64,000 nt of DNA from Methanobacteriota archaeon (GCA_963769885.1 CAVYNH010000007.1:128001-192000), one strand, 5' to 3'; counted from the first letter of the stretch, positions 32,748 to 42,437 are shown. The notes: a model not told the origin generated them from the sequence alone. A program made the numbers and translations.

Positions 32748-33298
32748 AGCATATCACGTTCATCACCAGCAACAAAGGCAAGGTCGCCGAAGCCAGCGCC
32801 CGGCTCGCACCGCTCGGCTACGCCGTCGAGCAGCAAGACCTCGGCTACCCAGAGATCCAGGCCGATTCCCTCGAAGAGGTCGCCCGGTTTGGCGTGGACT
32901 GCGTCCACAAACGCCTGCACTCCGCCTTCTTCCTTGAAGACTCTGGATTGTTCATCACCAGCCTGGCGGAATTCCCTGGCGTCTATTCAAAGTACGTCTA
33001 TCTGACCATCGGACTGCCCGGCATCCTCCGCCTGTTAGAAGGAAAGGATGATCGGTCCGCCGTCTTCCAATCCGTCATCGCCTACGTCCAGCCTGACCAT
33101 GACCCGGAAATTTTCGTTGGTGATTGCCCCGGCTCCATTGCCACGGCGCAGCGGGGGACCGGTGGGTTCGGGTACGACCCGATCTTCATCCCACACGGAT
33201 GGTCGCAGACGTTTGCCGAGGTCTCACCACAAGTCAAAAACACAGTATCGCATCGCGGGAAAGCCATGGACCTCCTCGTCCAGTGGCTCTCGCACTAA
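32744..33298 (+). CDS. rdgB: XTP/dITP diphosphatase (RdgB/Ham1)
   Basis: TSN.GK, EDSGL, FPGVYS, GFGYDPIF, SHRGKA. Confidence 0.95.
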   Translation: MKHITFITSNKGKVAEASARLAPLGYAVEQQDLGYPEIQADSLEEVARFGVDCVHKRLHSAFFLEDSGLFITSLAEFPGVYSKYVYLTIGLPGILRLLEGKDDRSAVFQSVIAYVQPDHDPEIFVGDCPGSIATAQRGTGGFGYDPIFIPHGWSQTFAEVSPQVKNTVSHRGKAMDLLVQWLSH

Positions 33299-33345
33299 AT
33301 CCTCGATGCTTATATAGGCGTGGCCGTTTTCCTTTCTCTGTTTTC

Positions 33346-34353
33346 ATGAACGCCATCGAGGTCCAGGACCTCTCAAAAACCTACCGAGGCAACATCAAGG
33401 CCATCCGCAGCCTCTCCTTCACCGTCACAGAAGGCAGCGTCTTTGGCTTCCTTGGCCCGAACGGTGCCGGTAAATCCACCGCCATCAAAATTCTTGTTAC
33501 CTTGATTCAAGCCACCGAGGGCACCGGCCGGATTTTCGGCGTGGACGTCGCCCGTCACCCCAAGGAGATTCGTCGGATGATCGGCTACGTCCCCCAAGAA
33601 CTCTCCGCGGACGGCTCCCTGACCGGTTACGAAAACCTCCTCCTAGCAGCGAAACTCTATGATATCCCACCAAAAGAACGGGAACAACGCATCGACGAGA
33701 TCCTCGAGATGATGGATCTCTCCGACCGAGCCGATAACCTCATCGACACGTATTCTGGGGGTATGGTTCGGCGATTGGAAATCGGCCAAGCCATGCTACA
33801 TCATCCGCGACTCCTCTTCCTCGATGAACCCACCATCGGACTGGACCCGGCAGGCCGCGTCCTTGTCTGGCACCAGATCCAAAAACTGAACCGCGACGAA
33901 GGCATGACCATCTTCCTGACCACTCACTACATGGAGGAGGCAGAGGCACTCTGCACCCAGATCGGAATCATCGATCGCGGGACGCTCTCCGCGGTCGGCT
34001 CCCCCGCCCAGCTCAAAGAAAAAGTCGGCGTCGGCACTATCCGAATCGAACTCAAAGCCGTCCCCACCCCAGAGACCATCCTCGCACAGTTCAAAGCACA
34101 CATCCCTGAAGCCACCCTCTCTTTCCTGGAATCGAGCATTATTGAAATCAAAATCGCAGACCCAGCTGAGTACATCACAAAGATTTTGGATGTACTAAAA
34201 ACCAATAATGTCATCGTAAGTGACATGGAGCTCCGCGGGCCGACCCTGGAAGATGTCTTCCTGCGGTTCACCGGCTCTCGTTTCGAACAGGCAGGCCCCA
34301 AAGAATGGAAATCGATCAAACAACGACGTCGCAGCGTCCGCAGGGCATCCTAA
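33346..34353 (+). CDS. DrrA-like ABC ATP-binding protein
   Basis: GPNGAGKST, YSGGMVRRLE, LDEPT. Confidence 0.92.
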   Translation: MNAIEVQDLSKTYRGNIKAIRSLSFTVTEGSVFGFLGPNGAGKSTAIKILVTLIQATEGTGRIFGVDVARHPKEIRRMIGYVPQELSADGSLTGYENLLLAAKLYDIPPKEREQRIDEILEMMDLSDRADNLIDTYSGGMVRRLEIGQAMLHHPRLLFLDEPTIGLDPAGRVLVWHQIQKLNRDEGMTIFLTTHYMEEAEALCTQIGIIDRGTLSAVGSPAQLKEKVGVGTIRIELKAVPTPETILAQFKAHIPEATLSFLESSIIEIKIADPAEYITKILDVLKTNNVIVSDMELRGPTLEDVFLRFTGSRFEQAGPKEWKSIKQRRRSVRRAS

Positions 34354-35123
34354 GCAGACCCTGGCAGAGCATCAACAAAACACTCATTATCTTCGAGTTC
34401 GAAGTGCGCAAGCTCCGCCACGACCCACTCGAGGTCTTCGTCCGGCTCATCCAACCGACCCTCTGGCTCGTTGTCTTTGGCACAATCTTCACCAGCTACC
34501 GCGCAATCCCCACCGGAAATATCCCGTACCTCGCATTCCTGACTCCTGGTGTGATGGCACAGTCCCTCCTCTTCACCGCTATCTTTTATGGGATTGCAAT
34601 TACGTGGGATAAAGACTCAGGCATCCTAGCGAAACTCATGGTCACACCCACAAATCGAGGGTCTATTGTTGTCGGAAAAGCCATGTCGGCCGGCGTCCGC
34701 GGGCTACTCCAATCCTCGGTCATCATCCTGCTTGCCTTAGCATTGGGCGTCGCTTTTGTGGTCGGCATCATAAACAGTGTGGCTGTCATCTTCGTCATTG
34801 TGCTGGCCTCGACCTGTTTCGCATGCCTTTCAATTGTCTTCGCCTCGTTCCTTCGGAGGCGGGAACGGTTCATGGGCGTCATCCAACTCATTACCATGCC
34901 GTTGTTCTTTGCAAGTACCGCCCTCTATCCTATCGAGGTCATGCCCGATCCCCTGCGATTTGCGGCGCAGTTTAACCCACTCTACTATGTCGTAGAATGC
35001 CTCAGGGCACTCCTCATCACCAATAACCTCACGTTGGTCCCTTATGACCTCGCAATCCTGTTGCTGTTCACGATCTTTTTCATCTTCGCCGGGATTTATG
35101 GTTTAAAACGATTAATGCAGTAG
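34305..35123 (+). CDS. ABC-2 type permease
   Basis: PGVMAQ, WDKDSG.L, NPLYYVV. Confidence 0.9.
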   Translation: MEIDQTTTSQRPQGILSRPWQSINKTLIIFEFEVRKLRHDPLEVFVRLIQPTLWLVVFGTIFTSYRAIPTGNIPYLAFLTPGVMAQSLLFTAIFYGIAITWDKDSGILAKLMVTPTNRGSIVVGKAMSAGVRGLLQSSVIILLALALGVAFVVGIINSVAVIFVIVLASTCFACLSIVFASFLRRRERFMGVIQLITMPLFFASTALYPIEVMPDPLRFAAQFNPLYYVVECLRALLITNNLTLVPYDLAILLLFTIFFIFAGIYGLKRLMQ

Positions 35124-35153
35124 AAAAGAGAAAAAAGAAGGCCCTGCGTTTTT

Positions 35154-36797
35154 TTACTTATTCAAGATATGACGCAGGAAAGAAAATGTATCAGGAAAGC
35201 GTTCCAAGAGCCAGTGCAAGAATCCCGCGAGGGTGAAGTGGTACGGCATGGTGACGGGTAAGTCCGCCCAATCACTCAATGCACCCTCAGTGTCTCGTGC
35301 CTGGACTCGTACAGTATACGATCCTTTTTTTGCCCAGCTGTGAGAACGAGTGATAGTATCACCGGATGGATACGGTCCGATCCAGCTACTATTGGATCCA
35401 TCCCCCCAGTCAATGAAATACGAGACATTATCCCCATCAGGGTCCGAAGTCGAGACCGTATAGTTGTATGTGGTCTTCGGCTTACCGTGGCTTGGTCCTG
35501 TGATCAGTGGTTGCTCGGGCGGATGATTTTGAGGCGGCTGGCTCGAGGGTCGACCGATGCCGACGACCGCCTGCGGTACGAGGTTCGTCTGGGACGATAT
35601 CCCAATCGCGGCGCGCAATCCCGGGATATCCGCGATATCCATGATGACGCTGCAACTGAGGTTCAGGCTCCCGGCTTCGAGGAGTGCATTATAGGAAATC
35701 GCTCCTGCCTCGTAATACCACCATGTTTGGTAGGTGGATGAACCGACGTTCGTATCGAGACATTCCAGGAGTATCCAGGGGGCTGAGGCGAGTGAGATGT
35801 TTGCAGCGCCGACCGCATTTTGGATTAAGGCGCGCTGGTCTCCGGACAGAATCTGGGTAAGGGAATGTGATTCTGGTAGGTACCTATAAACGGCTGTTTG
35901 GTTCGCCGCATAAATCTTGAATGGATATTTGTCTATGGCGCTAGGGAGCGTTCGATGGCGGAGTATCGTCGAAGTATGCTCTGTATTATATGAGAATCCG
36001 TAAGACGCCCATATTAGCTGTGATTCCTCATACTGGGAGAGCGACTGGTTGTCCCAAGCGTTAGTAATATGGCGGTTATCGATGGCTTGTGCAAGAGTCA
36101 TGGTATTGTTCTGAACAGCCGGTAGGTTCGTTAGGGGAAGTGGATTATAGGTAAACGAGGGAGGGGTTGTTGGGTGCCCGACGTGCATAATAATCTCGGG
36201 TTTTTGATCGGAAGGAAGTCCGAGTTGATTCAAGTCGTTGACGTTCATGCCGGTGGTGATGGCAGTGAGGCCGAGGGCGTTGGCGTCGAAGTAGACGCTT
36301 TGTGCGGTCATGCCGATTTCGGCCATGGCGTCTTTTTCATCGGGGAGGAGGGTCATGTTCCAGACCATGCCGAGCTTGATGGGGGCACCTGTAGCTTGAC
36401 CAAGGTTGAGGTGGTTGCCGGTTTTGAAGAGAATGAGGCTGTGGTTCTTGGGGTTGTAGGTGTAGGTGTTGTCGCTGCGGATGACGTAGATGACGGTGGC
36501 GTAGATGCCGGTGGGGCTGTAGATGGTACGGTTGCCGTTGGTGGTGATGCCGTAGCCGGCCCAGAGGATGGTGGAGAGTTCTTGGTCGGTGAGGTTTTGG
36601 CTGGTGTAGGAGCGTATGGACATGCGTCGGCAGATTGATTTTTCCATGATCGTGCCTGGGTCGATGGGTGGTGGGAGTTGGATATCTGTTTGTGTTTGTG
36701 GGGGTGTGGTGGCTTGGGTGTAGTTCAGGCAGGGTAAGGGGGTTATTAGTATGAGTAGGATGATTCCTACAAGGATGATGTGATGATTTTTCGTCAT
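35154..36797 (-). CDS. Secreted protein with two SagB/nitroreductase-like domains and a C-terminal PKD domain
   Basis: Signal peptide; RRMSIRSY..LS.ILWA.YG and a second QLIWASYG..RTLPSA..YP..EAG; YFIDWGDG PKD. Confidence 0.8.
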   Translation of the reverse strand: MTKNHHIILVGIILLILITPLPCLNYTQATTPPQTQTDIQLPPPIDPGTIMEKSICRRMSIRSYTSQNLTDQELSTILWAGYGITTNGNRTIYSPTGIYATVIYVIRSDNTYTYNPKNHSLILFKTGNHLNLGQATGAPIKLGMVWNMTLLPDEKDAMAEIGMTAQSVYFDANALGLTAITTGMNVNDLNQLGLPSDQKPEIIMHVGHPTTPPSFTYNPLPLTNLPAVQNNTMTLAQAIDNRHITNAWDNQSLSQYEESQLIWASYGFSYNTEHTSTILRHRTLPSAIDKYPFKIYAANQTAVYRYLPESHSLTQILSGDQRALIQNAVGAANISLASAPWILLECLDTNVGSSTYQTWWYYEAGAISYNALLEAGSLNLSCSVIMDIADIPGLRAAIGISSQTNLVPQAVVGIGRPSSQPPQNHPPEQPLITGPSHGKPKTTYNYTVSTSDPDGDNVSYFIDWGDGSNSSWIGPYPSGDTITRSHSWAKKGSYTVRVQARDTEGALSDWADLPVTMPYHFTLAGFLHWLLERFPDTFSFLRHILNK

Positions 36798-36946
36798 GGT
36801 TTTTCGTGGCCTCCTCTTTGGTGTGGTGTTTTATTATGGTTAATGATTTATTAAAGGTTTTCGAGGTTGTCTTATGTCGGTGCAGGACTGATGGAGAATC
36901 CGAGAAGACTAGTGTCTGTTGGGAGGGGTCTATTAGAAAATTGTTG

Positions 36947-36971
36947 AGTGCAGGGGAAGGGATTTGAACCC
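36947..36971 (-). repeat. att-like duplicate of the tRNA-Leu 3' end
   Basis: AGTGCAGGGGAAGGGATTTGAACCC identical to 38340-38364. Confidence 0.9.
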
Positions 36972-37025
36972 CAGTTTACCGGTGAAAATATATGTTTTCT
37001 CCTATTGAAAAAAATTGTAAAAAGA

Positions 37026-38225
37026 TTAGTGTAAAGGCTCTGGAGGCACACCTTCAGGCAAAGATGGTTGTATATCAGGTGTTTCCCAATTATGAAGATT
37101 CTCAATGTTAACAAGAAGATACATAAAAACCGGAAGGGTAGTTTCCATCCAATGAACAAGATGGTCATGTTTACCCCCACCATCGCCTGGGTCATAATCA
37201 AATGGTAAAAAATCAACCGCAAATGAAGGTATACGAAATTCTTTGAAACACCAATCCTCTGCTGAACCACTCATATAAGGATTTAATTTATCTGCATTTC
37301 CTCCCTTTTTATATTCCGTATTCTTATCAATCCAGTCTTTTACGTAATTATAGACATATTGTTCCTGTTTTGGTATCTCAAAAGGTGGTCTAAAAGCATC
37401 CCAAGGGCTAAAAAGCATAAGACCAGCGGTATGACAGTTTAAATAAAAAGAAAAATCATTATTTTCAAGTTCTCTCATAAAATCCCTCATTGCCTGAGTT
37501 TCAGGCTCTGAAAAAGGATGGCGACCGCAATTTTCAAGATGTAATGGAAAACTTGGGAACAATTTATTCAAGAGTGTGAAATCTCGGGACCAATTGGAAG
37601 GGATTTCAGGGATTTTTATACGACCAAATAACTTACCCAAAGGTATAGCACCTCCTTTTATCCTACCGAAATCAATATCAAAATTACGATTCAAATTTAT
37701 ACCATTGTCATTATATCGGGAATCAGCCTGTCTCCCATCGGGATTTACAAAAGGAACGATGTACACTTCAGATGAATTTAGAATATGAGTAATTGTCTCA
37801 TTGGCATCAAAGTTAATGAGAAGATACTCGGCAAGATACAAACACGCCTCGCCTCCTTCCCATTCAGCACCATGGATACAACCATCAATAAGACAAGACG
37901 ATTTTATCGTATTGTTCTTCTCATTGGTTAACCTGATACACCAAATATCTTTTCCAAGAACACTTTTGCCAATAGAAAATACATTTACTAAATCAGGATA
38001 TTTACCATTAAAATCATTCAGCATTTCCATGGTGCTATAGTAATCGTGGTATTCTCCATCTGTCCAATTTGGAAGAAAAGAAGGTTGGTCCAATTGTGCT
38101 TCTGGTAGTACGGTTTCTGTTGATACTGCTGTTTTTTGTTCCTGATTAATACATCCAGTAAAGAGTACAGTGAGCAAAATACCACAGAGAAACAATGCGA
38201 GTAAATGAGATAATTTCTTATCCAT
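37026..38225 (-). CDS. M14 zinc carboxypeptidase, putative lipoprotein
   Basis: Lipobox-like LFTGC; IGKS..G, HGAE, NPDG, NLNRNF, FSEPET, NCH. Confidence 0.88.
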   Translation of the reverse strand: MDKKLSHLLALFLCGILLTVLFTGCINQEQKTAVSTETVLPEAQLDQPSFLPNWTDGEYHDYYSTMEMLNDFNGKYPDLVNVFSIGKSVLGKDIWCIRLTNEKNNTIKSSCLIDGCIHGAEWEGGEACLYLAEYLLINFDANETITHILNSSEVYIVPFVNPDGRQADSRYNDNGINLNRNFDIDFGRIKGGAIPLGKLFGRIKIPEIPSNWSRDFTLLNKLFPSFPLHLENCGRHPFSEPETQAMRDFMRELENNDFSFYLNCHTAGLMLFSPWDAFRPPFEIPKQEQYVYNYVKDWIDKNTEYKKGGNADKLNPYMSGSAEDWCFKEFRIPSFAVDFLPFDYDPGDGGGKHDHLVHWMETTLPVFMYLLVNIENLHNWETPDIQPSLPEGVPPEPLH

Positions 38226-38341
38226 TTTCTATTCCTTAGAATATTTGAATAAGTTTTATAGTATATAATTATATTTTCCTGTGAATTTTACCGGTAAATA
38301 GGTGTATGTATTAATTTTATATCGCATGTAATATAAAAAAG

Positions 38342-38426
38342 TGCAGGGGAAGGGATTTGAACCCTCGGACCTCTACAGGACAAGACTCTGAATCTTGCGC
38401 CGTTGACCAAGCTTGGCTACCCCTGC
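38342..38426 (-). tRNA. tRNA-Leu(CAG)
   Basis: GCAGGGG acceptor, CAAGA-TTCAGAG-TCTTG anticodon arm, long variable arm, GGGTTCAAATCCC. Confidence 0.95.
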
Positions 38427-38565
38427 GTCGTGGTATCCGCAAATCACTCATCCCTATTTTAGGTTGTCGCGGAGAAGGCTCGTCGACGAACGGGGGACGG
38501 TGGTGGTTTTTTTGTTGCGGTTAAGTATAAGTATTTGCTTCGGTATGTGCCTCTCGCTTCAGTAT

Positions 38566-38639
38566 GGCCCGAGTAGTGTAGCCTGGTAACATATGGGACT
38601 GTGGATCCTCTGTGCCGGGTTCAAATCCCGGCTCGGGCC
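38566..38639 (+). tRNA. tRNA-His(GTG) with encoded G-1
   Basis: G-GCCCGAG/CTCGGGC-C acceptor, CTGTGGA anticodon loop, CCGGG-TTCAAAT-CCCGG; upstream TATA-like TAAGTATAA. Confidence 0.93.
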
Positions 38640-38640
38640 T
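38622..38640 (+). repeat. attL core (tRNA-His 3' end)
   Basis: CAAATCCCGGCTCGGGCCT, repeated at 51463-51481. Confidence 0.92.
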
Positions 38641-38692
38641 ATTCAGCAATCCTTAAAAGCCCTTACACGCTTCCTCCTTAGCGTGATGCGAC

Positions 38693-39940
38693 GTGACAGA
38701 CCCGATCGATGAGCGGTTGAAGCGGGCCCGGGTCTATATTGAGAAGCTGAAGACGACCCGCGAAAACAAACGGCTCTTTTTTGATTTCTACAAACAACTC
38801 GCCGGTGGAGTAAAACCGCTCTCCCAGGTCCGCCAAGACAAATACCTCTACGCTTTTTCAACAATTGTTGAACTCCTGCCGATAGATTTTCGCCAGGTCA
38901 CGAAGAAAGACATCGAACGCTTCTGCATTGGTGTCAACACACTAACCACATCCAAAGGGAAGCGATACAGTGAATGGAGTCGGCGTGACCTAAAGATCAT
39001 CATCAAGCGGCTCGTAAAATTCATCAGGGAATCAGAAGGACAAGAGTTCGAGAAGCAACAGTATCCAAAAGAAGTCTCCTGCATCGAGATTAACATCGAC
39101 AGAAAAACCACGAACTACAAAAAGAAGCACCTTGACTGGGACGATATCGTGAAGATGGCCAGAGTCGCAAACAACCTTCGGGATAAGGCATTCGTGCAGT
39201 TCCTCTATGAGAGCGGGGCGAGAATCGGCGAAGTGTTAAGCGTTCAGATCAAGGATGTGACATTTAAACAGTCCTACGCGGAAGTCCAACTACCAGTGAG
39301 TAAAACAAAACCCCGTCCAGTGTACGTCAGCCGGAGCGCACCGGCTCTCAGCCAATGGCTTCACGAGCATCCGAAAGCAGGCGACCCTGAGGCTTTCCTG
39401 TTCTGCGGCCTGTGGTCCAAGAAGAAAGGCGACGGGATCAACTACCAGACGTTCCGATTCATGCTCCAGGGCCTCGCCACACGCGCTGGCGTCAAGAAAC
39501 CGGTGAACCCGCACCACTTTCGACATAGCAGGGCGACGGAGCTGGCGCACTCGCCGGATCTGACGAACGCCCAGCTCTGCCAGCTTATGGGTTGGGTTCA
39601 GGGAAGCCGGGAACTTAAAACATATATTAACGACGTTGACACCGAAAAAGCGATGCGGAAGATGTTTGGCATTGAGGATAAAGAAGAGGAGAAGAAACAA
39701 CAGAAGATCATCGTCTGTCCGCGCTGCGGCACTGAGAACAGTCCTGGGAGCGAGTTCTGTTTTAACTGCCGTCTGGGGCTGGATGATAACGCCGTCCTCA
39801 AGTATGAGGCTGCAAGTAAGGAGTTGCTAAAACAAACCGAGGACATCAAGACTCAGAACGATCTCGCTGAGGTCGTCGCGTCCCTGCAGGACGAGGTAAG
39901 GGAGTTGAAAGAACAAATCAGAAAAAAGAATCAGAAATAA
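38693..39940 (+). CDS. int: Tyrosine integrase with C-terminal Zn ribbon and coiled coil (resembles SNJ2-type)
   Basis: ESGARIGE, PVSKT, PHHFRHS, LMGW, TY; CPRC...CFNC. Confidence 0.92.
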   Translation: MTDPIDERLKRARVYIEKLKTTRENKRLFFDFYKQLAGGVKPLSQVRQDKYLYAFSTIVELLPIDFRQVTKKDIERFCIGVNTLTTSKGKRYSEWSRRDLKIIIKRLVKFIRESEGQEFEKQQYPKEVSCIEINIDRKTTNYKKKHLDWDDIVKMARVANNLRDKAFVQFLYESGARIGEVLSVQIKDVTFKQSYAEVQLPVSKTKPRPVYVSRSAPALSQWLHEHPKAGDPEAFLFCGLWSKKKGDGINYQTFRFMLQGLATRAGVKKPVNPHHFRHSRATELAHSPDLTNAQLCQLMGWVQGSRELKTYINDVDTEKAMRKMFGIEDKEEEKKQQKIIVCPRCGTENSPGSEFCFNCRLGLDDNAVLKYEAASKELLKQTEDIKTQNDLAEVVASLQDEVRELKEQIRKKNQK

Positions 39941-40013
39941 CTACATATTACGTTATACATAATACGTTAAATATTTTTATAAACCAATAATTTATTCTAT
40001 TTTTGTGATTATC

Positions 40014-40187
40014 ATGGAAAACGAAATCGAAAAAGAAGGCCACTTAGAACCGCTTGATATCCTGAACTACCTTGACTATCTCTGCAATAAGAAGACAGTA
40101 GCGGAGTTACAGGCGGCGATACACAAGATCAAGGATGTCATCGAAGCAGACCGGGTCGGCCAAATGTGTGAAATCTTTCGACCATAA
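40014..40187 (+). CDS. Small hypothetical protein (element)
   Basis: TATA-like TTTATAAA upstream; hairpin + T-run terminator downstream. Confidence 0.55.
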   Translation: MENEIEKEGHLEPLDILNYLDYLCNKKTVAELQAAIHKIKDVIEADRVGQMCEIFRP

Positions 40188-40399
40188 ACCGGGGGAGACC
40201 AGCCCCCCTCTTTTTTTATTTCTATCTCGATTATTTATAATAAATCCTGGCGCGTTAATGTGTTCTCGAAGCGGGTGTGGCTATTCCCCGGCCCTTGAGA
40301 GGCCGCACGAGGGGCCGCCGTCACGCCTGGGGCAAACCCCGGCCCCCTTTGTACAAATGGGTTGTACATAGTACCTATAGAGGTCAATGATCCACTCTT

Positions 40400-41071
40400 C
40401 TATTTTTTTAAATAGCATTGAACAAACGCCATTTGAGGAGCCTCAAGGGATTCTTTCTTCTTAATAATTTTTTCAATTTCAAGCAACGACAGGAAAATCA
40501 ACTCTCGAAGATATTTAATTTTTTTATTGTCTTCCCCTCTATCCGTTCGCATCAGAGAGTTTCTTTCCTCTTTTGTCACCCCGTAAAAAACTTGATTAAA
40601 TTTAATCCCCTCTATTTCATCGTAAAAAGATTTAATCTCACTAAATTCGTATCTTTCTAAAATCTTTTTAACTATATATCGGGAGAGTTCTACCATTCCC
40701 TTTGAAGTGACATAATATTTTTTTCCTTTTTTGTGGACAAACCTTAGTCCTTTCTTGCTTTCACCCAATCGATGATTGAGATAATGATTTAGATGAGATC
40801 GATTGCCACTCTTAATTACGCCACAATACCGATTTTCACTTTTTTGATGAGTCTTAAAAAAATCTTCTATTTTTCTATAGTTATATGCCGTTTGAGGCTC
40901 GTTCTTAATTCGTTCCGGAGTCGCATATTCATCCATGAGAAGATAACGGAGATGCTTTGGTTCCAAACCATCATTAGGATTAACAGTGTAGCAAAGAGAC
41001 CAAATAATGCCTCTAACAATTTTATTATCAAAAACATCCCTGCTCGGTGCCTTTCTTTTCTTTTGTTTCAT
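40400..41071 (-). CDS. AT-rich wHTH-like protein, candidate element repressor
   Basis: HLNHYLNHRL...FV.K.GKKYYVTSKG wing-like pattern; divergent from the RHH gene. Confidence 0.5.
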   Translation of the reverse strand: MKQKKRKAPSRDVFDNKIVRGIIWSLCYTVNPNDGLEPKHLRYLLMDEYATPERIKNEPQTAYNYRKIEDFFKTHQKSENRYCGVIKSGNRSHLNHYLNHRLGESKKGLRFVHKKGKKYYVTSKGMVELSRYIVKKILERYEFSEIKSFYDEIEGIKFNQVFYGVTKEERNSLMRTDRGEDNKKIKYLRELIFLSLLEIEKIIKKKESLEAPQMAFVQCYLKK

Positions 41072-41195
41072 TGAACCACTTCCTGTTTAAGGAGTAATAA
41101 TCAATTGTTTTCTCCTTTGTTGTAAAAGGTAATTCTATACTTATGACACAACTAATATATGCTGACCACTATTAACACTTGTGGCAGGTGTGTTT

Positions 41196-41417
41196 ATGCC
41201 AAAGAAAGAGATGACGAAAGGGCGCCTGTCCGTCTCTGTCGATAAAGAATTTATCCGAATCATCGACCAGACACGAGGAATCGCATCAAGAAGCGCGTTC
41301 TTGAACCAATTTTTCAGGCGGCATTTAACATTTCAAACTGCTGCCGAATTGATGAAACCGCTCCCCGTTGATGGGAAATTATCACCCCCAAAACGAACAA
41401 CGAAGGCGACTCAGTGA
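41196..41417 (+). CDS. Ribbon-helix-helix (CopG-like) regulator
   Basis: RLSVSVD.E....ID..RG..SRSAF; AGGTG RBS. Confidence 0.75.
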   Translation: MPKKEMTKGRLSVSVDKEFIRIIDQTRGIASRSAFLNQFFRRHLTFQTAAELMKPLPVDGKLSPPKRTTKATQ

Positions 41418-41569
41418 ACTCCATTAACTTTTTCAAACGTGAAAACTGCCTGGAATGCGCCACGCCCTGCAAACAATCCGGCATTGAACTGATCAGCTGT
41501 CTTTTGACAAGAATAAGCGAGCTCAACGCTGAGATAAAAGACTTAAAAAAAGAGCTTGCGACGAGTTGA
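41414..41569 (+). CDS. 51-aa Cys-containing/coiled-coil protein (not in ORF track)
   Basis: GTG overlaps the upstream TGA; CLECATPC...C followed by heptads ISELNAEIKDLKKEL. Confidence 0.55.
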   Translation: MNSINFFKRENCLECATPCKQSGIELISCLLTRISELNAEIKDLKKELATS

Positions 41570-41597
41570 GATTGTTAATCCTGGAAAGTGATGTGAC

Positions 41598-42065
41598 GTG
41601 ACCCGGGTTTGTGTTGACTGCGGCAAGGACATCTCCGACCTGCCGAACAGAAGTATCCGATGCGCCCCTTGCCAACACCAATACACGCGGCAACACCGGA
41701 AACACTATCAGGCGCAACGGTACGACAAGCGACACCCCAGAGGCAAAGAACGCAGAAACAGACGCCGACAAACCATAGGCCATCAGAAACGCCTGAACCG
41801 GCTCGGCAGCGGCGGGTTTAATTCGTTACGCTACGCGATCCATTTTCTGGTCGATGACGACGGCAGGATCTATGACGAAGAAAGCCTCATCCGAAAATAC
41901 GCGCAGCTCAATGAAGACGAGGAGACCGTCGGGAGAATCATCACGGAGGACGGCATGGTCGTCGGGGAATGGAAAGGCGGCCTTCCGCTCACCATCGAGA
42001 CCGTCTTCAGTCTGACGTCAAACTATCGACATTGGCACTATTGGCGCGACCTTCTACGGGAGTAA
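41598..42065 (+). CDS. Zn-finger, Arg-rich protein
   Basis: CVDC-x12-CAPC followed by a basic helix. Confidence 0.65.
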   Translation: MTRVCVDCGKDISDLPNRSIRCAPCQHQYTRQHRKHYQAQRYDKRHPRGKERRNRRRQTIGHQKRLNRLGSGGFNSLRYAIHFLVDDDGRIYDEESLIRKYAQLNEDEETVGRIITEDGMVVGEWKGGLPLTIETVFSLTSNYRHWHYWRDLLRE

Positions 42066-42110
42066 AACCCCAAAGTGTTGAAAACATGATATATTATTGG
42101 AGGGCTAGGG

Positions 42111-42437
42111 ATGGCTCAAACAGTAGAACAGCGGCTCAACGCCGCCTTCAAGGCAGCGATGGAATCTATCACCGTTAAGGATGCCCAACACCCGGTGTGG
42201 ATGACTTTACGAGTTGATGGCGGTGCCGCCAAGATCCTCACGACGGCTGCTGCGCGGCTCAATCTCACGCCGGACGAACTTTTGACTCGTATCATCCAGG
42301 AGTACGCTTCTTTTCGATATTTCGACTGCTACTTTAGGATAGACGAAAAAACACTCGGAGAGATCGCCAGCCAGAAACACATGATTATTACTTATCGGAA
42401 AGAGGTTCGTCTCATCGATGAAGACAAAGGTGCCTAA
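42111..42437 (+). CDS. Small putative DNA-binding (RHH-like) protein
   Basis: GGAGG RBS; MTLRVD....L...AA..NLTPDELL.RII. Confidence 0.6.
   Translation: MAQTVEQRLNAAFKAAMESITVKDAQHPVWMTLRVDGGAAKILTTAAARLNLTPDELLTRIIQEYASFRYFDCYFRIDEKTLGEIASQKHMIITYRKEVRLIDEDKGA

Larger units (their letters stand above)
36947..38364. mobile_element. Integrase-less AT-rich islet integrated at the 3' end of tRNA-Leu
   Basis: 25-bp direct repeat at 36947-36971 and 38340-38364; sharp drop in GC; single cargo gene. Confidence 0.8.
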
